DNA of 64,000 bases from Octopus vulgaris (lineage: Eukaryota): the NCBI GenBank assembly GCA_951406725.2, contig OX597818.1, positions 49,104,001 through 49,168,000 of the forward strand, written 5' to 3'. Each line of letters opens with the position of its first letter. Position 1 is the first letter of the stretch. The notes below the pieces were generated by a model. The model was not told the DNA's origin. It was given only the letters and a program-made list of their open reading frames with translations, and searched no databases. The position numbers were made by a program, and so were the translations under genes. Below, piece after piece: positions 38,026-52,117 of the stretch.

Positions 38026-38422
38026 CACAACATACTTCTCAACTACACAATAACACACGAACCTATATCCTCCCTAACAAAATTAACAGCCAGTTGTATG
38101 ATTCATTCATTCATTTATTAGTGTCTGTTTTTCCAAGCTAGCATGAGTTTGATGAAGACTTACTTGAGTTATTCAAAGTAAGCTTTTTATGGTTAGATGA
38201 TCTTCCTGTAGCCAACCTTTAGACGTTTTTCAAGTATAGGATTATTTTTATCCAGAGATCTTCAGAAGTGCAGAGTAACAGGTCATAATGTCAACATGAA
38301 ATGTCAACATCAGTATTGCTTTACTGAAGTGGTAACAAGCATGGAACATAAACATTCACCTGTGTTTGAACAGAAGACATGTGTGCACAACTCTGCGTGC
38401 ACACCAATGCTCACAAAGCTAT

Positions 38423-38455
<33 letters not shown>

Positions 38456-39409
38456 TACACACTCTCTCTCGCTCTCTCTCACACACACACACGCATTCTC
38501 ACATTCTCACAAACCCACACTCATATACTCACACATGCACACACACGTGCACGCATGCACACACACGTGCACGCATGCACACACGTACACACACGTACAC
38601 ACACACACACACACAAAGAGCAGAAGTTTGCTTCCCATCCACATTGTTTTGTGTTCACTTCCATTTCTGGGCATCTTGAACAAGTGTCTTCTATTGTAGC
38701 CCTGGGTCAACTAAGGCCTTGTGAATGGATTTGGCAGCTTGGAAACAAGTAGGGGATAGCAATAGGAAGGGCATCCAGCTGTAGAAAATCTGCCTCAACA
38801 AATTCTATCCGACCCATACAAGCAAGGGAAAGTGGACTTTAAAATGATGCTGACACTGCTGCCGCGAACCTGGCTCTTGGATGTCATAAGTGGGAGCCCA
38901 CTCTGTTGCAAGCATTTAGACCAGATCTTTGGTTTAAGGACAACTCAGTTTACTTTCTAAAGTGGTTGGCATTAGGATGGGCATCCAGCCAAAGATGACA
39001 GAGGAAACTGATGCAGCCCTGCATCTCACCGGTTCCCTGTCAAACCATCAAGTATGGAAAGTGATGTTAAATGATGATGAGGATGCTGTTTCTAACTACA
39101 TCAACATATGAGTTTTAGCTTTTTCTTTTCTCCCCACTCCACCTCAACAACCTTGGAGTCCCTTCAAACAGGTCATGGGTACGTTTACCTCTCTGACTAA
39201 GTCATTAGAAAATATGGTGTTCATGTCTACTGTTATGAAAGAGTTAAAAATTTTTCTGTATTCTGTCTTTGTGATAGCATTTCTTGTTTTAGCATTGAAT
39301 CATGAAGGAACAGTAAGAGTTAGTTACGCATGCAGCAGGTTTCTGTAAAGTTTCTGTGTATCAAATTCCTTTTATTAAGCATTGGTTAGCTTCAGGCCAT
39401 GGTAGAAAA

Positions 39410-39645
39410 AGGTGGCAAGCTGGCAGAAATGTTAGCACGCCAGGCAAAATGCTTAGCGGTATTTCGTCTGCTGTTACGTTCTGAGTTCAAATTCCACTGA
39501 GGTCAGCTTTGCCTTTCATCCTTTCGGGGCCGATAAATTAAGCACCAGTTATGCACTGGGCCCGATATAATCGACTTAATCCCTTTGTCCGTCCTTGTTT
39601 GTCCCCCCTCTGTTTAGCCTCCTGTGGGCAATAAAGAAATAAGAA
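39410..39645 (+). mobile_element. SINE family B
   Basis: Consensus match. Confidence 0.85.
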
Positions 39646-39668
39646 AACACTCACCTAAAGTGCTAGAC

Positions 39669-39877
39669 CAGTGGTTCTCAACCATTCTTTTGCCTATGGA
39701 CTTCTTAAGAAACCTGTTTTGCTCATAACCATGTTTAAAAAAAATCCTTTAGTATTTTTATAATTAAATATTATTACGAATTGTATAAAAAATTATTAAA
39801 ATATGTTATGTATTGTAACAATATAAGCATAAATTTTAACAACAAAATCTTATATGGACCCCAGTTGAGAACCATTC
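39669..39877. mobile_element. hAT (Charlie-like) MITE
   Basis: CAGTGGTTCTCAAC ... GTTGAGAACCAT; degenerate TSD tgctagac/tgttggat. Confidence 0.55.
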
Positions 39878-40254
39878 TGTTGGATGATGGGATTGAACTT
39901 GAGACAGCTTAGTTACAGAACAAGATTCTTAATCACACAAACATTCCTGTGTTTATTGGAATTAATCCTTACATGCAGTTGGAGTAGAGTATATCATTTG
40001 ATACATTTCATATTTTCACTTATCTCAGCATGCTTTAAAATCAAGATATATGGAGGTCAGCTGCACTCTTTTACCATGTCCCAGTGCATGAGAAAGTAGA
40101 AAATCTAAACTTGATAAGGAAGTTTACTTGATGCTCTGACGGTACGTGATACACTTGGTTGAAAGTTGTGTAAAAATGCTGAGTATTAAATTACTTAAAA
40201 GTGTGTATTGAAGAATTGTATTTCGATGGCTTGATAAATTAAAATTTATTTCAG

Positions 40255-40277
40255 ATGTTGTGTAATTATAATTTCAC
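40255..40277 (+). other. Candidate 23-nt micro-exon
   Basis: tttatttcag|ATGTTGTGTAATTATAATTTCAC|gtaagg; phase-compatible with flanking candidates. Confidence 0.3.
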
Positions 40278-40739
40278 GTAAGGAATTGTTTATCACATCT
40301 TCCTCCCTCCTGTCATTTCTATCTCTTGTTTCTATCTCTTATTTTTTTTGTCTTTCTCTCTCTCTCTCATATATGTGAACAAATGCAAACATGGTCATAT
40401 CATCATCATCATTTTTTTGTTTTTTTGTTATCATTCTCGTTATGAGCAGTCAATTGTCAGAAAAGATGCCTTGTAGTATTTAGTAACCCTTTTTTTTTAT
40501 TGAGTTCAATTTCTGCTGTAATTACTTTTGCCTTTTACACCAAAAATATTTTTGTCCATTTTTCCATTCTTGTATGGTTTAGATGGTTCTTGTCCAGCAC
40601 AGTGTCTCACTTCTTGTACTGGTCCTTTGTCATCTCTTTTGTGAGGTTTGGTCCCTTAAGATCAGCTTTCACCACTTCTTCCCATGTTTTCCTCAGCTTT
40701 CTCCTGCAAATTCCTACCGTTTGCTTTGCTTGGCATTGT

Positions 40740-41905
40740 CATCCGTCACATACAGATGGGCTGTGACAATGTCAAGGACAAAACGAAGTCCTTGATGTTG
40801 TCACACCATGATTTTCTTTTTCCGCCTCTTCTTTTCTCTCTTTCACTTGTGCCCTAGAAAATTATTTTATACAGGAAATCAAGGCTGATACAAGTTTGTA
40901 TCAGGCAAGCTTTTGGCATTTCATTGTAGGCAAGAATTAGTTCCTGCCTGCCAGCATATTTAGAAACTTACTGCTTGACAAAGCTGGTTGTCTTATACTC
41001 TGCTGACAAGATATATAGCAGCCGTCTGAATCTCTTATGCTTGACTGCCTGGATTCTTCATTCTGCATCTTCTGTATCCAACTTCCACACAAATACTGAA
41101 GGATAGATGTCATTAGGGGCTGATACTGTTCAAATTTCATGGGAAAACTGATAGAACTGATTTTCCATATCACATTTAGCATTGTCATGGCAGATGAGAC
41201 CAGGTTGAATATTGCTTTGAGCTGCTATCCTTGCTCAAAGATTTTTAAAATTGCCCACTTTTTAAAGCTTTAGTCTGTTCAAAATGATACTAGTGCTGTG
41301 TTGCGACTTAGTTGTTACTTTTACTGAATTGAGCTCCATTTTGTGTACTCTTAACTCTCTTTGTAGTTTGGCGGTGAGTTCCTGGAGTTCTGCTTTACTG
41401 TTTCCTGTTAGGTTGATATTATCAGTAAAAGGGTGGCGAGCTGGCAGAATCGTTAGCACACCGGGCGAAATGCTTAGCGGTATTTCGTTGGCTGCTACGT
41501 TCTGAGTTCAAATTCCGCCGAGGTCGACTTTGCCTTCCATCCTTTCGGGGTCGATAAATTAAGTACCAGTTAAGCACTGGGGTCGATGTAATCAACTTAA
41601 TACCTATGTCTGTCCTTGTTTGTCCCCTCTATGTTTAGCCCCTTGTGGGTAATAAAGAAATAGGTATTTCTTCTGCCGTTACATTGAGTTCAAATTCCGC
41701 CGAGGTCGACTTTGCCTTTCATCCTTTCGGGGTCGATTAAATAAGTACCAGTTACACACTGGGGTCAATATAATTGACTTAATCTGTTTGTCTGTCCTTG
41801 TTTGTCCCTTCTGTGTTTAGCCCCTTGTGAGTAGTAAAGAAATAGATAATGTCAGTAAACAATGTTTGCAAAGGAGCCTACCTCCTATTGGATATGGAAT
41901 TAATG
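40740..41905 (-). mobile_element. Highly decayed RTE RT fragment interrupted by a SINE B dimer
   Basis: IGGRLLC..FTD(N)INLTGNSKAELQELT..L...MELN resembles the FADD region of RTE RT. Confidence 0.6.
41430..41844 (+). mobile_element. SINE family B dimer with ~15-bp TSD
   Basis: TSD gataWtRtcagtaaa (41415-41429, 41845-41859); junction at 41663. Confidence 0.88.
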
Positions 41906-42245
41906 CAGTATTAATGAGTATGAAGGCCTCTTGCCATCATACTCATGACTGTCTATGTGTTGACTAGAGTAGAGTGGCTAAATTTAACCAGGTGTCCAGA
42001 TTCATTTTTGGGATCTTTCATCTGGTTTGTGTTAGCATCTTGGATAAATGCTGGAATTGTGTAGGAGTATCATTTCCAGCATGGAATGCTCTCAGTTACC
42101 AGGTTAGTTAACTAGTTAAGTAAAAATTAATATGGACAATCACTAACAATAAGTGGTGGGTGTCTTTGAAGAAAGCCGTCTGAGTAGAATATAAAAGAAA
42201 TATGTCAAAGAGGTAGCAATAGAAAACAAAAAATGAGAGAGGGAA

Positions 42246-42301
<56 letters not shown>

Positions 42302-42650
42302 AATTAATAGATTAGAAAAAGTAATTAGGAAAAGTCACTGACACGCCAGAAATGAAAATAGCTGCCAGCTATCTCTTTCATGCGAAATACAAAGGTTGCA
42401 ATTGTCAGAACTGTTCAAGCCTCAATTAGATCTTAGATGGACCATGATATGTGTATGGTATTTGATTCTAGGTAGATGTCTGTGGTTTTCTAGCCCATTA
42501 TCTAGCTGTTGAAAGGTAGTGGTGGACTGGTGGATAGTGGACTTTGGTGCCTAATTTGATGACCTGCTGAAGCTCTCAGCAAGAGGAGAGTTGTGGAAAT
42601 TAATGACCGTTAAGAGATGATTTGTAGCAAGGAGCTGTGCAAGGGATGAA

Positions 42651-42840
42651 TGTCCCCTCAACATCGCTTGACAACCGATGCTGGTGTGTTTACATCCCCG
42701 TAACTTAGCGGTTCGGCAAAAGAGACTGATAGAATAAGTACTAGGCTTACAAAGAGTAAGTCCTGAGGTCGATTTGCTCAACTAAAAGGCGGTGCTCCAG
42801 CATGGCCACAGTCAAATGACAAAGAAGTAAAAGAGAAAAA
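42651..42840 (+). mobile_element. SINE family A 3' half
   Basis: Consensus match. Confidence 0.85.
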
Positions 42841-43597
42841 GCGAGCTCAGATGGTTTGTTTCTGTTTATTGCTGTTGTCTTTTATGTCTTTTTTTACCTT
42901 TTCCTTCTCGAATACACAAGTTTGTTGGTTTCAGAAATACTATGCCCAGTTGTGTGTGGGACAGAATGGACTAGAGGTCCATGCCACCCAACACAACTTA
43001 GCTCAATCTCTTTGTGACTGCCAATGCATGTAGGTATGGCACACGAAGAGAGAAATACTCAGGTTAGTCCATTGCATATAAATGTTTAGATACCACTTTT
43101 ACTATCACATTGTTTTTACTAGTCTATGGTGATCTCACTACAGACAAATGAAACTACCAGCTAAGTCCATGCTGTCTGTGGTTGCAGATCAAAAGGTCAA
43201 CTTCTGCAGAGTTATTGTCTGTGTTATTTTCTTAATTTCTACTTTATGCTCTCAGAGAATAGGTGCAGTCATGGCCAAGAGATTAAGAACTCTGTCACAG
43301 ACAGTCATGTGATTTCAGCTCAATTTTATTGCTCAGCAATTTCAGAGTGTTGTCCGTCATAGCTTTGTGTCAGTTCAAGCCTTGTCAGTATAATTGGGTA
43401 GATTGAAACTGCGTAGAAGTTGGGACGTGGACTGTATCTGTTGATAAGGGTTTAGGCTTAATTATGGCTTAATACAACCATCTGGACCGTGGATATCTTT
43501 AGTGGGGTTCACCTGTTGCAAACATTTCTTCTGTCAATAACCCATGACCTGTTGTTTCATTCCCTCTTTCTTCCAATTTGTCTTGCGGGAGCCCTAC

Positions 43598-43840
43598 CAT
43601 CATCATCATCATCATCGTTTAACATCCGCTTTCCATGCTAGCATAGGTTGGACGATTTGACTGAGGACTGGCGAACCAGATGGCTGCACCAGGCTCCAGT
43701 CTTGATCTGGCCGAGTTTCTACAGTTGGATGCCCTTCCTAACACCAACCACTCCGAGAGTGTAGTGGGTGCTTTTATGTGCCACCGGCACAGGGGCCAGT
43801 CAGGCAATACTGGCAATAACCTTGCTTGAATTTTTTTACA
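43598..43840 (-). mobile_element. RTE 3'-tail element
   Basis: (ATC)n plus reverse-complement tail. Confidence 0.85.
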
Positions 43841-44369
43841 CGTAATCATAAAAATGAAGCACAATTTGCAATTTGAGGATTTAATCAGATATTGAGAAGG
43901 AAGCAGATTATTATTGCGTAAGCATTCTATGACTGGAAAAACGTTTTCTGTATAGTTGCTGACATGGCTGTGTGGCTGAGAAGTTTGTTTTGTAACCTTG
44001 TAGTTTCAAGATCAATCCCACTTCATAACACCTTGGGCAACTATTTCCTACCACAGCCCCAGGTTAACCAAAGTTGTGTGGGTGGATTTGTTTGACAAAA
44101 ATTGAAAGAAGCCAGTTGCACACACATATGCATGCACACATGCACACACACACACAAACACATGCACATTCATTCATACATACATATGTACGAATGTGTT
44201 AAATGTGCTGCACCGAAAATTTTGTCATTTCCCTTGTCAATAAATCATCCACTGGTTTTGTGCCTTCAAAAACATGTGGAATAAAAGATCTTTTTACTTG
44301 AGATACAGTTATGTTTATTTTTTTCATGGGTGCTGGTGCCACATAAAATACACACCTATGCTAACTAAC

Positions 44370-45030
44370 TGGCTTCTGTGCCGGTGGCACATAAAAAGCA
44401 CCATTTGAGCGTAATCGTTACCAGCGTTGCCTTACTGGCACGTGAAAAACATTTGAGTAAGGTCATTGCCAGTGCCGCTGGACTGACTCCTGTGCAGGTG
44501 GCACGTAAAAAACACCATTTCTGTGTGGCCATTGCCAGTACCGCCTAACTGGCCCTCGTGCTGGTGGCACGTAAAAGCACCCACTACACTCTTAGAGTGG
44601 TTGGCATTAGGAAGGGCATCCAGTTGTAGAAACTCTGCCAGATCAAGACTGGAGCCTAGTGCAGCCATCTGGTTTGCCAGTCCTCAGTCAAATCGTTCAA
44701 ACCATGCTAGCATGGAAAGCGGACATTAAATGATGATGATGATGATGGTGGTGCTACATTAAAGACACCCATGTTCATGCTACATAAAAAGCAGCATAAA
44801 AAGTACTCATGCTGGTGCCATGTAAAGAACACCTGTGCTGGTACCACATTAAAAGCACCCATGTTGGTACCTCATAAAAAGTACCTAGTACACTCTATAT
44901 AATGGTGGCATTGAAAGAGCTGTAGTAACCGTGCCAAAACAGACAATTGGAGTCTGGCTCAGTTCTCCAGGTGGCCAAGACTGTTCAACCCATCCGAGCA
45001 GGGAAAACAGATGTTAAATGGTGATGATGA
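44370..45030 (+). mobile_element. RTE 3'-tail element (44370-44750) followed by an older related tail
   Basis: Repeated gtggcacgtaaaa units, (GAT)n ends. Confidence 0.8.
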
Positions 45031-45755
45031 TGAGGAGGAGGAGGCTAAAAAGGACCTCAGCTGTAACACAATGCTTCAATAATATTTCCATCTAACCCAT
45101 GCTAGCATGGAAAAATTGACGTAAAATATGAATGAAAGAGCATCATTGTTTCATTTTCACACTTGGAATGTGGCTTTGTACACATACTAATCAGTGTGTG
45201 CACATGTGTACTCTCTCTCTCTCCCTCTCTCACTCACATACATGCACACACACACACATGACATATAGTGTGAAATAGAGGACACCGGAAGTTAATATTG
45301 TCTGATTAAAAAAAAAAATTAAATAAATAAAAAGATGTACACAATGTCACAAAAACCTCTCTTTATTAGATTTTTGTACACATCCATTTAAAAGATAATT
45401 CTTGTGATTTTTCTGAGTGTGAATGGATTATTCTCTTCAGCCATTTATTTGATGTGTTTTCTTCATAATAGCATGGACTATTTTAAATAGACATATTTAG
45501 ACACTTGTTAAACACTTGGAGCTGATGAAACTAAAGAAAACCAGTCATAATTTTAGAATCTGTCATTGTGTATATATTTACACTAGTCACTAGTAATTAA
45601 ATCCTGCAGAAGTCTAGATGAAGTTGAACTGGTAGAAAATGACCAAACCAAATTAGTAACTTGAGATTTTTGGCTTATAATTACATTAATTAATTACTTC
45701 ATATTAAAAAAAAATAGCAAAAAGAAAAAAAAATTCTGATTTTTGATTACTTAAG

Positions 45756-45823
45756 ATTATTTCTGAAGGCTGCTTCTCTTATCAATCTTCTAGATTCCCT
45801 GATTGCTGTTCTAATTAAAACTG
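45756..45823 (+). other. Candidate exon (68 nt)
   Basis: ttaag acceptor, CTG|gtaagt donor, open frame LFLKAASLINLLDSLIAVLIKT. Confidence 0.35.
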
Positions 45824-46067
45824 GTAAGTAATCATTCACTTGATATTTCTAGTAGTTTTTTCTTTAACAAGTAGAAGTTAAATTTGGATTTAATGAGTAC
45901 ATTAAATATTTGTGTTAATTTTTTTTTCTTTCTTGTGAAATATCTGTAGAGGAAAATTTGATAGCTTAATTATAATTGTTAAGATCATCATCATCATCAT
46001 CATCATCAATATTATTGCTGCTGCTGCTACTGTATATTATTATTATTATTATTATTATTATTATCAA

Positions 46068-46296
46068 GGCGGCGAGCTAGCAGAAACGTTAGCACGCCGG
46101 GCGAAATGCTTAGTGGTATTTCGTCTGCCGCTACGTTCTGAGTTCAAATTCCGCCAATGTCGACTTTGCCTTTCATCCTTTCGGGGTCGATTAAATAAGT
46201 ACCAATTATGCACTGGGGTCGATATAATCGACTTAATCTGTTTGTCTGTCCTTGTTTGTCCCCTCTGTGTTTAGCCGCTTGTGGGTAGTAAAGAAG
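46068..46296 (+). mobile_element. SINE family B in (ATT)n
   Basis: Near-consensus copy. Confidence 0.9.
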
Positions 46297-46667
46297 TAAT
46301 AATAATAATATTAATTATTATTATTATTATTATTATTATCATCATCATCATTATTGAACACTGAGCAAAATGCTTAGTGGCATTCCATTCAATTATACGT
46401 TCTGGGTTCAGATTCCACTGAGGTTGACTTTTCCATTTATCCTTTTGGGGTTGATAAATTAAGTATTAATCAAATACTGGGATGATGTGATTGACTATCC
46501 CCCGTCCCTGCAAATTCCAGGCCTTGTGCCTATAGCAGAAAGGGTTATTATTGCATGCTGGGCAAAATGCTTAGCGTTACTTTGTCCATCTTTATGTTCT
46601 GTGTTCAGATTCTGTGAAAGTCCACTTTGCCTTTCGTCTCTTTGGGCCTTGTACCAAAATTTGAAAC

Positions 46668-46716
<49 letters not shown>

Positions 46717-46749
46717 GTTGTTGTTGTTGTTGTTGTTGTTGTTATTTTT

Positions 46750-47210
46750 ATTGAGTGAGAGAGCAGTGCGTGCCATCAAAGTGACATGGGGGTAAAATAT
46801 ATGAAGCCCAGTATACCCATCCTGACTATCTGTCTGGTAAGGGTACACCAGGCACATGCATCACAACCAGATGTGCACAACATAGTGATCTCACATCAAG
46901 ATAAACAGTGCATGACCTTGTAGGTGGGGCCCAGTTAGAATTTTCTTCAGGTCCTTGATTAAGGGTTGCTTATGGATGAGCAAAACACCCATGTTTCCAG
47001 AGGTGAATTATTCAAACCCCAAAGAATTCCTTTCAACACATGGCTATGATGCTCCCCCAGTACTTCTGCTCATGATCAGAGATGCACATATCATCAGCCA
47101 CTAAGGGACATGCTCAACTGGTTAAGGTTACAACAACCGACAAGCAAATCTGTGGTATTTAGCAGAATATTTGCTGTAGCTCATCTTTTATACCAAGACA
47201 AAACTATGTA
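46750..47210 (-). repeat. Probable LINE 3' UTR fragment with (AAC)n(AAT)n tail
   Basis: GC-richer block bounded by trinucleotide tracts; no clear ORF. Confidence 0.35.
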
Positions 47211-47211
47211 C

Positions 47212-47387
47212 ATTATTATTGCCTTTGCATAGCTTCTAACACTGGAGATGTACTACGGTGTCAGCTGTTCACTACCAGTGAACTTAGGTAACACCTCTTA
47301 TTTTTTGAGCACCTTCTGGAGTATTCGAGCAGTTCCAAGCAGTGCTGTTTTCTGAAAGTGCTCTACTCTTATTGCAGCCCCTATTTG
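47212..47387 (-). mobile_element. R4/Dong-like LINE extreme 3' end
   Basis: IRVEHFQKTALLGTARILQKVL* then short UTR and (AAT)n. Confidence 0.8.
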
Positions 47388-48594
47388 TCTCTGTTTCTTA
47401 CCTTCCATGAAAACATGTCTAGCCATGGGAAAATATTAACTTACTCAGAAACGAGTGAGGGTTGGCATCAGGAAGGAAGCCTACCTCAATGAATTCCATC
47501 TGTTCCATGCAAGGATGGAAACGTGAATGTTAAAATGATGATCAAGTGATTGTCAATGAGATCCAGGTGACAATATAAGTAGTGAGAGAAGAGGATTCTC
47601 CCTAAATATGTAGAGAGAACACTTTTAGGAGCAAAGTTAGAGTACAGAATGTATCCTTGACCCACAAATAAGTTAGAAAATGTGGATGAGCGATTTGTGT
47701 CCCATTCAAGAATAGGGTAGATGGTCTTTAGTGTTAGTGATGAATGAGAGAAAGTGTTTGAAATCCACAAGTCTTTGTAAAAAGGAGTGGCTACTTTCAA
47801 GTGGATGATTTAATGTGATTTTATTTTTGAGTTTCATTGGTTTAGGTTTTCATTTCTCAGAGAGAGAGAGAGAGAAGAAATCATGACTCATGAGGAGCCA
47901 AAAGCTACCACTTTTGTAATCACTGTATGTAACTCACATCCTTGAGTAGAACTCTCAAAGCCTTGTGATTTTTGGGAGCCAGTCAAGAGCTGTAGAAGAG
48001 AGTACAGAGTGGTGTCATGCACACACACACACACGTGCTATAGTTTGATGTTTAAGTAAATGTACACTTGTATATGAACATTTTCTGTAACTGTTTTGTG
48101 ACCTTATGAGTCACATCTAGTCCCTTGGTAATAGAAACTCAGAGTGTATATTACAAAAATATATTCTCTACATTTTAATAATTTTTCAGAACAATCTAGA
48201 ATTTGTATTTAGTTTCTATCTTTTATTAGTCTCAGTCAGTAGACTGTTGCCATCCCGGGGCATCACCTCGAGGGGTTTCATCAAACAAATTGATCCCATT
48301 AATTATTTTTTAAAGCTTGGTGCTTGTTCTATTGAAGACGAACACACATGTACACATGTATACACACACATACACACACACACACATGCCCAAACACACA
48401 CATGATGAGCTTCAACACAGTTTCCATCTACCAGATTCACTCACAAGGCATTTGTCAACCTGGGGTCTATGGTAGAAAAAAATATGACCAAAGTGCCACA
48501 CAGTGGGACTGGAAACCATGTGGGTTGCAAAGTGAGCTTCCTAACCACTTAGTCATGCTTGTGTCTATAATACAATAACCAATTTTATTTTATA

Positions 48595-48955
48595 CTAGAA
48601 CTATGACCGGTTTTGCCAGGTCATAGTGCTAGTGCATGCATATACAGCTGCATGCGTGTGCACATACACGCGAGTACTGTCCAAATCTCCAACCAATCAC
48701 ATACAGCTAGCTGGCACTCAATTGGCGTATCAAGTTTCGAGCATTTTGATTGGGTTTTGGATAGAAAATTCACCAAAAAATCACATCTATTGATTTTTTA
48801 ATGGCTTTGCAAGGTGACTGGGGAAATGTAAAGATGTGCATGACCACCCTTGGGCAGTTTTGAATGACCATAGAAAGTGTGAGCCCTCTAACTGAAAAAT
48901 TGTGGATTTGTATAAAGGATACACACACACATTTTGCTGTTTGTATATATAGAGA
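48595..48955 (-). mobile_element. Non-autonomous Helitron (family of 32039-32410)
   Basis: Reverse-complement match, TC...CTAG ends. Confidence 0.82.
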
Positions 48956-49908
48956 TATTAGTATTTGATCCCTTTTATGTCACCCATTTTTAGAGCGTCT
49001 CTACTCCAAATGTTAAAATCTGAATTGAAATCTCTTATATCATAAGATTTTAGTCACCATTAGGAGCAACTGCATGGTCACTCAAAAGTGTAGCAGTCAA
49101 ACCTCCATCAAATCACACCCTACTTTTTTTTAAAAATAAGTACATCTTAGAAGGCATTGGATTCCTTGCTTATAGGAAAAGACAGGCTGATTGCACTTGA
49201 ATGCTTTTGATCATGGATTTGTTTGATCAACATAAACTAAGGAAAAAAGAACAACAACAGCAACAACAACAGCCAATATATATAGTTATAAAAATAATGA
49301 GCTGGTAGAATTGTTAGTACACCAGGCAAAATGCTAAGTTGCATTTTGTTTGTGTTAACATTCTGAGTTCAAATTCCACCGAGGCCAATTTTGGCTGTCA
49401 TCCTTTTGGGGCTGATAAAATAAGTACCAGCTGAGCCTTGGGGTCAGCATAGTTGACTTACCCCTTTGCTCCAAAATTGCTGGTCTTGTGCCAAAATTTG
49501 AAATCAATGTATAATGTTATATGATACTTTAATACCCTAATCACTAATCATAATTACAGTGAAAATTGAAAAAAATATTTGGTTTACTCATTAGAAATGT
49601 AGTCTAGAAAGGGTTTAATTGGGTCTTGAAATATAAGTAATTGATCTTTCATAATATCGTGCATTATTATTTTATGTAATAATGAGATTTTAATTTAAAT
49701 GCAAAATTTTTATAAAGACAGTTTCAGACAAGTTGATATTAAAACGTTCAATGCAGACTTATATATGTTGCAATTATTTGTTTCTGGTTGTTTTATGGAT
49801 TAGCAAACGTTACAGTCATTCTCAGTGGGTGCAAATGAAAGCTATATTGTTGGATTTGCTTAATCCTTTTGCATTTAAACCAGCCATGTCTAGCAAAAAT
49901 ATTCAATA

Positions 49909-50323
49909 TAGGCATAGAAGTGGCTGTGTGGTAAGTAGCTTGCTTACGAACCACTTGATTCCAGGTTCAGTCCCACTGTGTGGCACCTTGGGCAAGTATC
50001 TTCTGCTGTATCCACGGGCTGACCAAAGCCTTGTGAGTGGATTTGGTAGACGGAAACTGAAAGAAGCCCATCGTATATATATATATATGTATGTATGTAT
50101 CCGTGTGTATATGTTTGTGTGTCTGTGTTTGTCCCCCTAACATCGCTTGACAACCGATGCTGGTGTGCTTACGTCCCTGTACCTTAGCGGTTTGGCAAAA
50201 GAGACCGATAGAATAAGTACTAGGCTTACAAAGAATAAGCCCTGGGGTCAATTTGCTTGACTAAAGGCGGTGCTCCAACATGGCCACAGTCAAATGACTG
50301 AAACAAATAAAAGAGTAAAAGAG
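49909..50323 (+). mobile_element. SINE family A inserted in a piggyBac-like MITE (~49860-50506)
   Basis: Consensus match; MITE halves on each side. Confidence 0.88.
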
Positions 50324-50559
50324 TAATTTGTTTTATGTTCAGACCACGCAAATCTGTCCTCTCGCATGAACTCTACAATGACATTCTAAAAATTATCAGT
50401 TAGATTATCAAATTCTCAAAGCCAAGACATAATCCATGATTAATTCCAAACAATAGCAATAAATAAGCATTAAATTAGACAGAGTAATCTGAAGGTTAAA
50501 GGGTTGATAAAGTAATTTATCTTACACTTTTCTAGCATAGCCTAGCATTAGCTAAGCAT

Positions 50560-50690
50560 TGCTTGACTTGACTTGACTTGAGACAGTGTTTACCCGGGAT
50601 GGGTTGAGCCGGCTTCATTCATCCTCAATGCTGCATCTCTCACAAACACTGACCAGGCCTGGCGATTTGAGGCCAACGACCATGCAATCT
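50560..50690 (-). mobile_element. RTE 3' end with (CAAGT)n tail
   Basis: LASNRQAWSVFVRDA..MNEAGSTHPG*; possible TSD ctaagcat. Confidence 0.75.
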
Positions 50691-50900
50691 CTAAGCATAG
50701 CTGTGTGATAAGAAGCTTGCTTTCTGACCATGTGAGTCTTGATTCAGTCCCACTGTGTGGCACCTTGGTCAAGTGTCTTCTACTATAGCCCTGGGCTGAT
50801 CAAAGCCTTGTGAGTAGATTTGATAGATGGAAACTGAAAGAAGCTTGTTGTATGTATATTTGAGTGAAATTTATAGACAGAAATTGCACAGAAGCCCCTG

Positions 50901-50934
<34 letters not shown>

Positions 50935-51679
50935 ATTTATTTCCATGTATCTTTGCATTAATACTCTTTTATTAATGATGATATTGTTTATCACTTCTTG
51001 TACACAATACATCCTGTAGTTCAGTTGTCTTATCTGTTTTGATTTGTTAAGACCATCACTGGAATAAAAGTACTTTACTCCAAAAACAGGCAAGGGTTTG
51101 TAACAGAAAGAATACCCAAACTCCAAATACTACCTCATCAAATCTCAGCCAACCCATGCCAGCATGGAGAAAATGCACATACAATGGTGGTGGTGGTGAT
51201 GGTAGTAGTAGTAGTAGTGGTAGTAGTGGTGGTGGTGGTGGTAGTAGTAGTAGTGTTTTTGTATGCATATGTTTGTGTTTCATAAATGAAGTGTAGACTT
51301 ATACAAGACTAAGAATAGATTACTGAATAGTCATCTGTATAAAGAACTGGGAGAAGAGCCAGGTTCCAGCCTAGCTATTAGAAATACACCAAGCTGAATG
51401 AGTCTACAGACAACAGAAGAAAGAGAAAAGAAAAGTTATCATCTATAAAATATGGTGTTAAGATTAAAGAGATACAAAAGATTTTATTATGGCTGAGTGG
51501 TAAGAAGTTTGCAGGGGCAGGTTTGGCTGTGTGGTAAGAGGTTTTTCTCCAAACCACATGGTTCTGGGTTCTATCCCACTGTATGACACCTTTAGTGTCT
51601 TCTGTTGTAGCCTCTAGCTGACCAAAGCCTTGTGAATGGATTTGATAGATGGAAACTGAAAGAAGCCTGTCATATATAT

Positions 51680-52117
51680 ATATATATATATAAAGCTGAA
51701 TTTGTCTATGTATGGCAGGTTTGGTAGCCTTCAACTAACACTATCTCCTCCGAGACCCTGCGGTGCAAGTTTACTAAAATTGAGAATATGATACAAGAAG
51801 GCTTGCTCTTTCTTCATTAGAAGAAAAAATTCAAATCGGGCTATGTTAACACCAAAAATTATTTACATCAAAAAGGTGCTTTTTTTTCTATGAAAATCCT
51901 TATTTTTTACGATTTTTTGACTGCTGATTCACCATTTTATGGTGTATTTCAACCAGAAAATGTTCACTTAAAGAGAATAACAAGCTAGATAATGCAAAAT
52001 TTTTACTTTTCAAAAATGATTGAAACTATATCAAAACTTTGTTAACACAACATGAAAGTCTGCCATTTTAAGTGCAACTAAAAAACAAACCCGAGCAACA
52101 CCGGGCTATACTGCTAG
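51680..52117 (+). mobile_element. Non-autonomous Helitron starting in the (TA)n of a SINE A head
   Basis: tatataaagctgaa ... CCCGAGCAACACCGGG hairpin, CTAG|T. Confidence 0.75.

Noticed and set aside
42935-43065. AG...GT-bounded segment with a small inverted repeat
   Set aside because: Stops in all three frames; hairpin is short
49718-49850. Possible next exon with hydrophobic translation
   Set aside because: Ambiguous acceptors and no convincing donor
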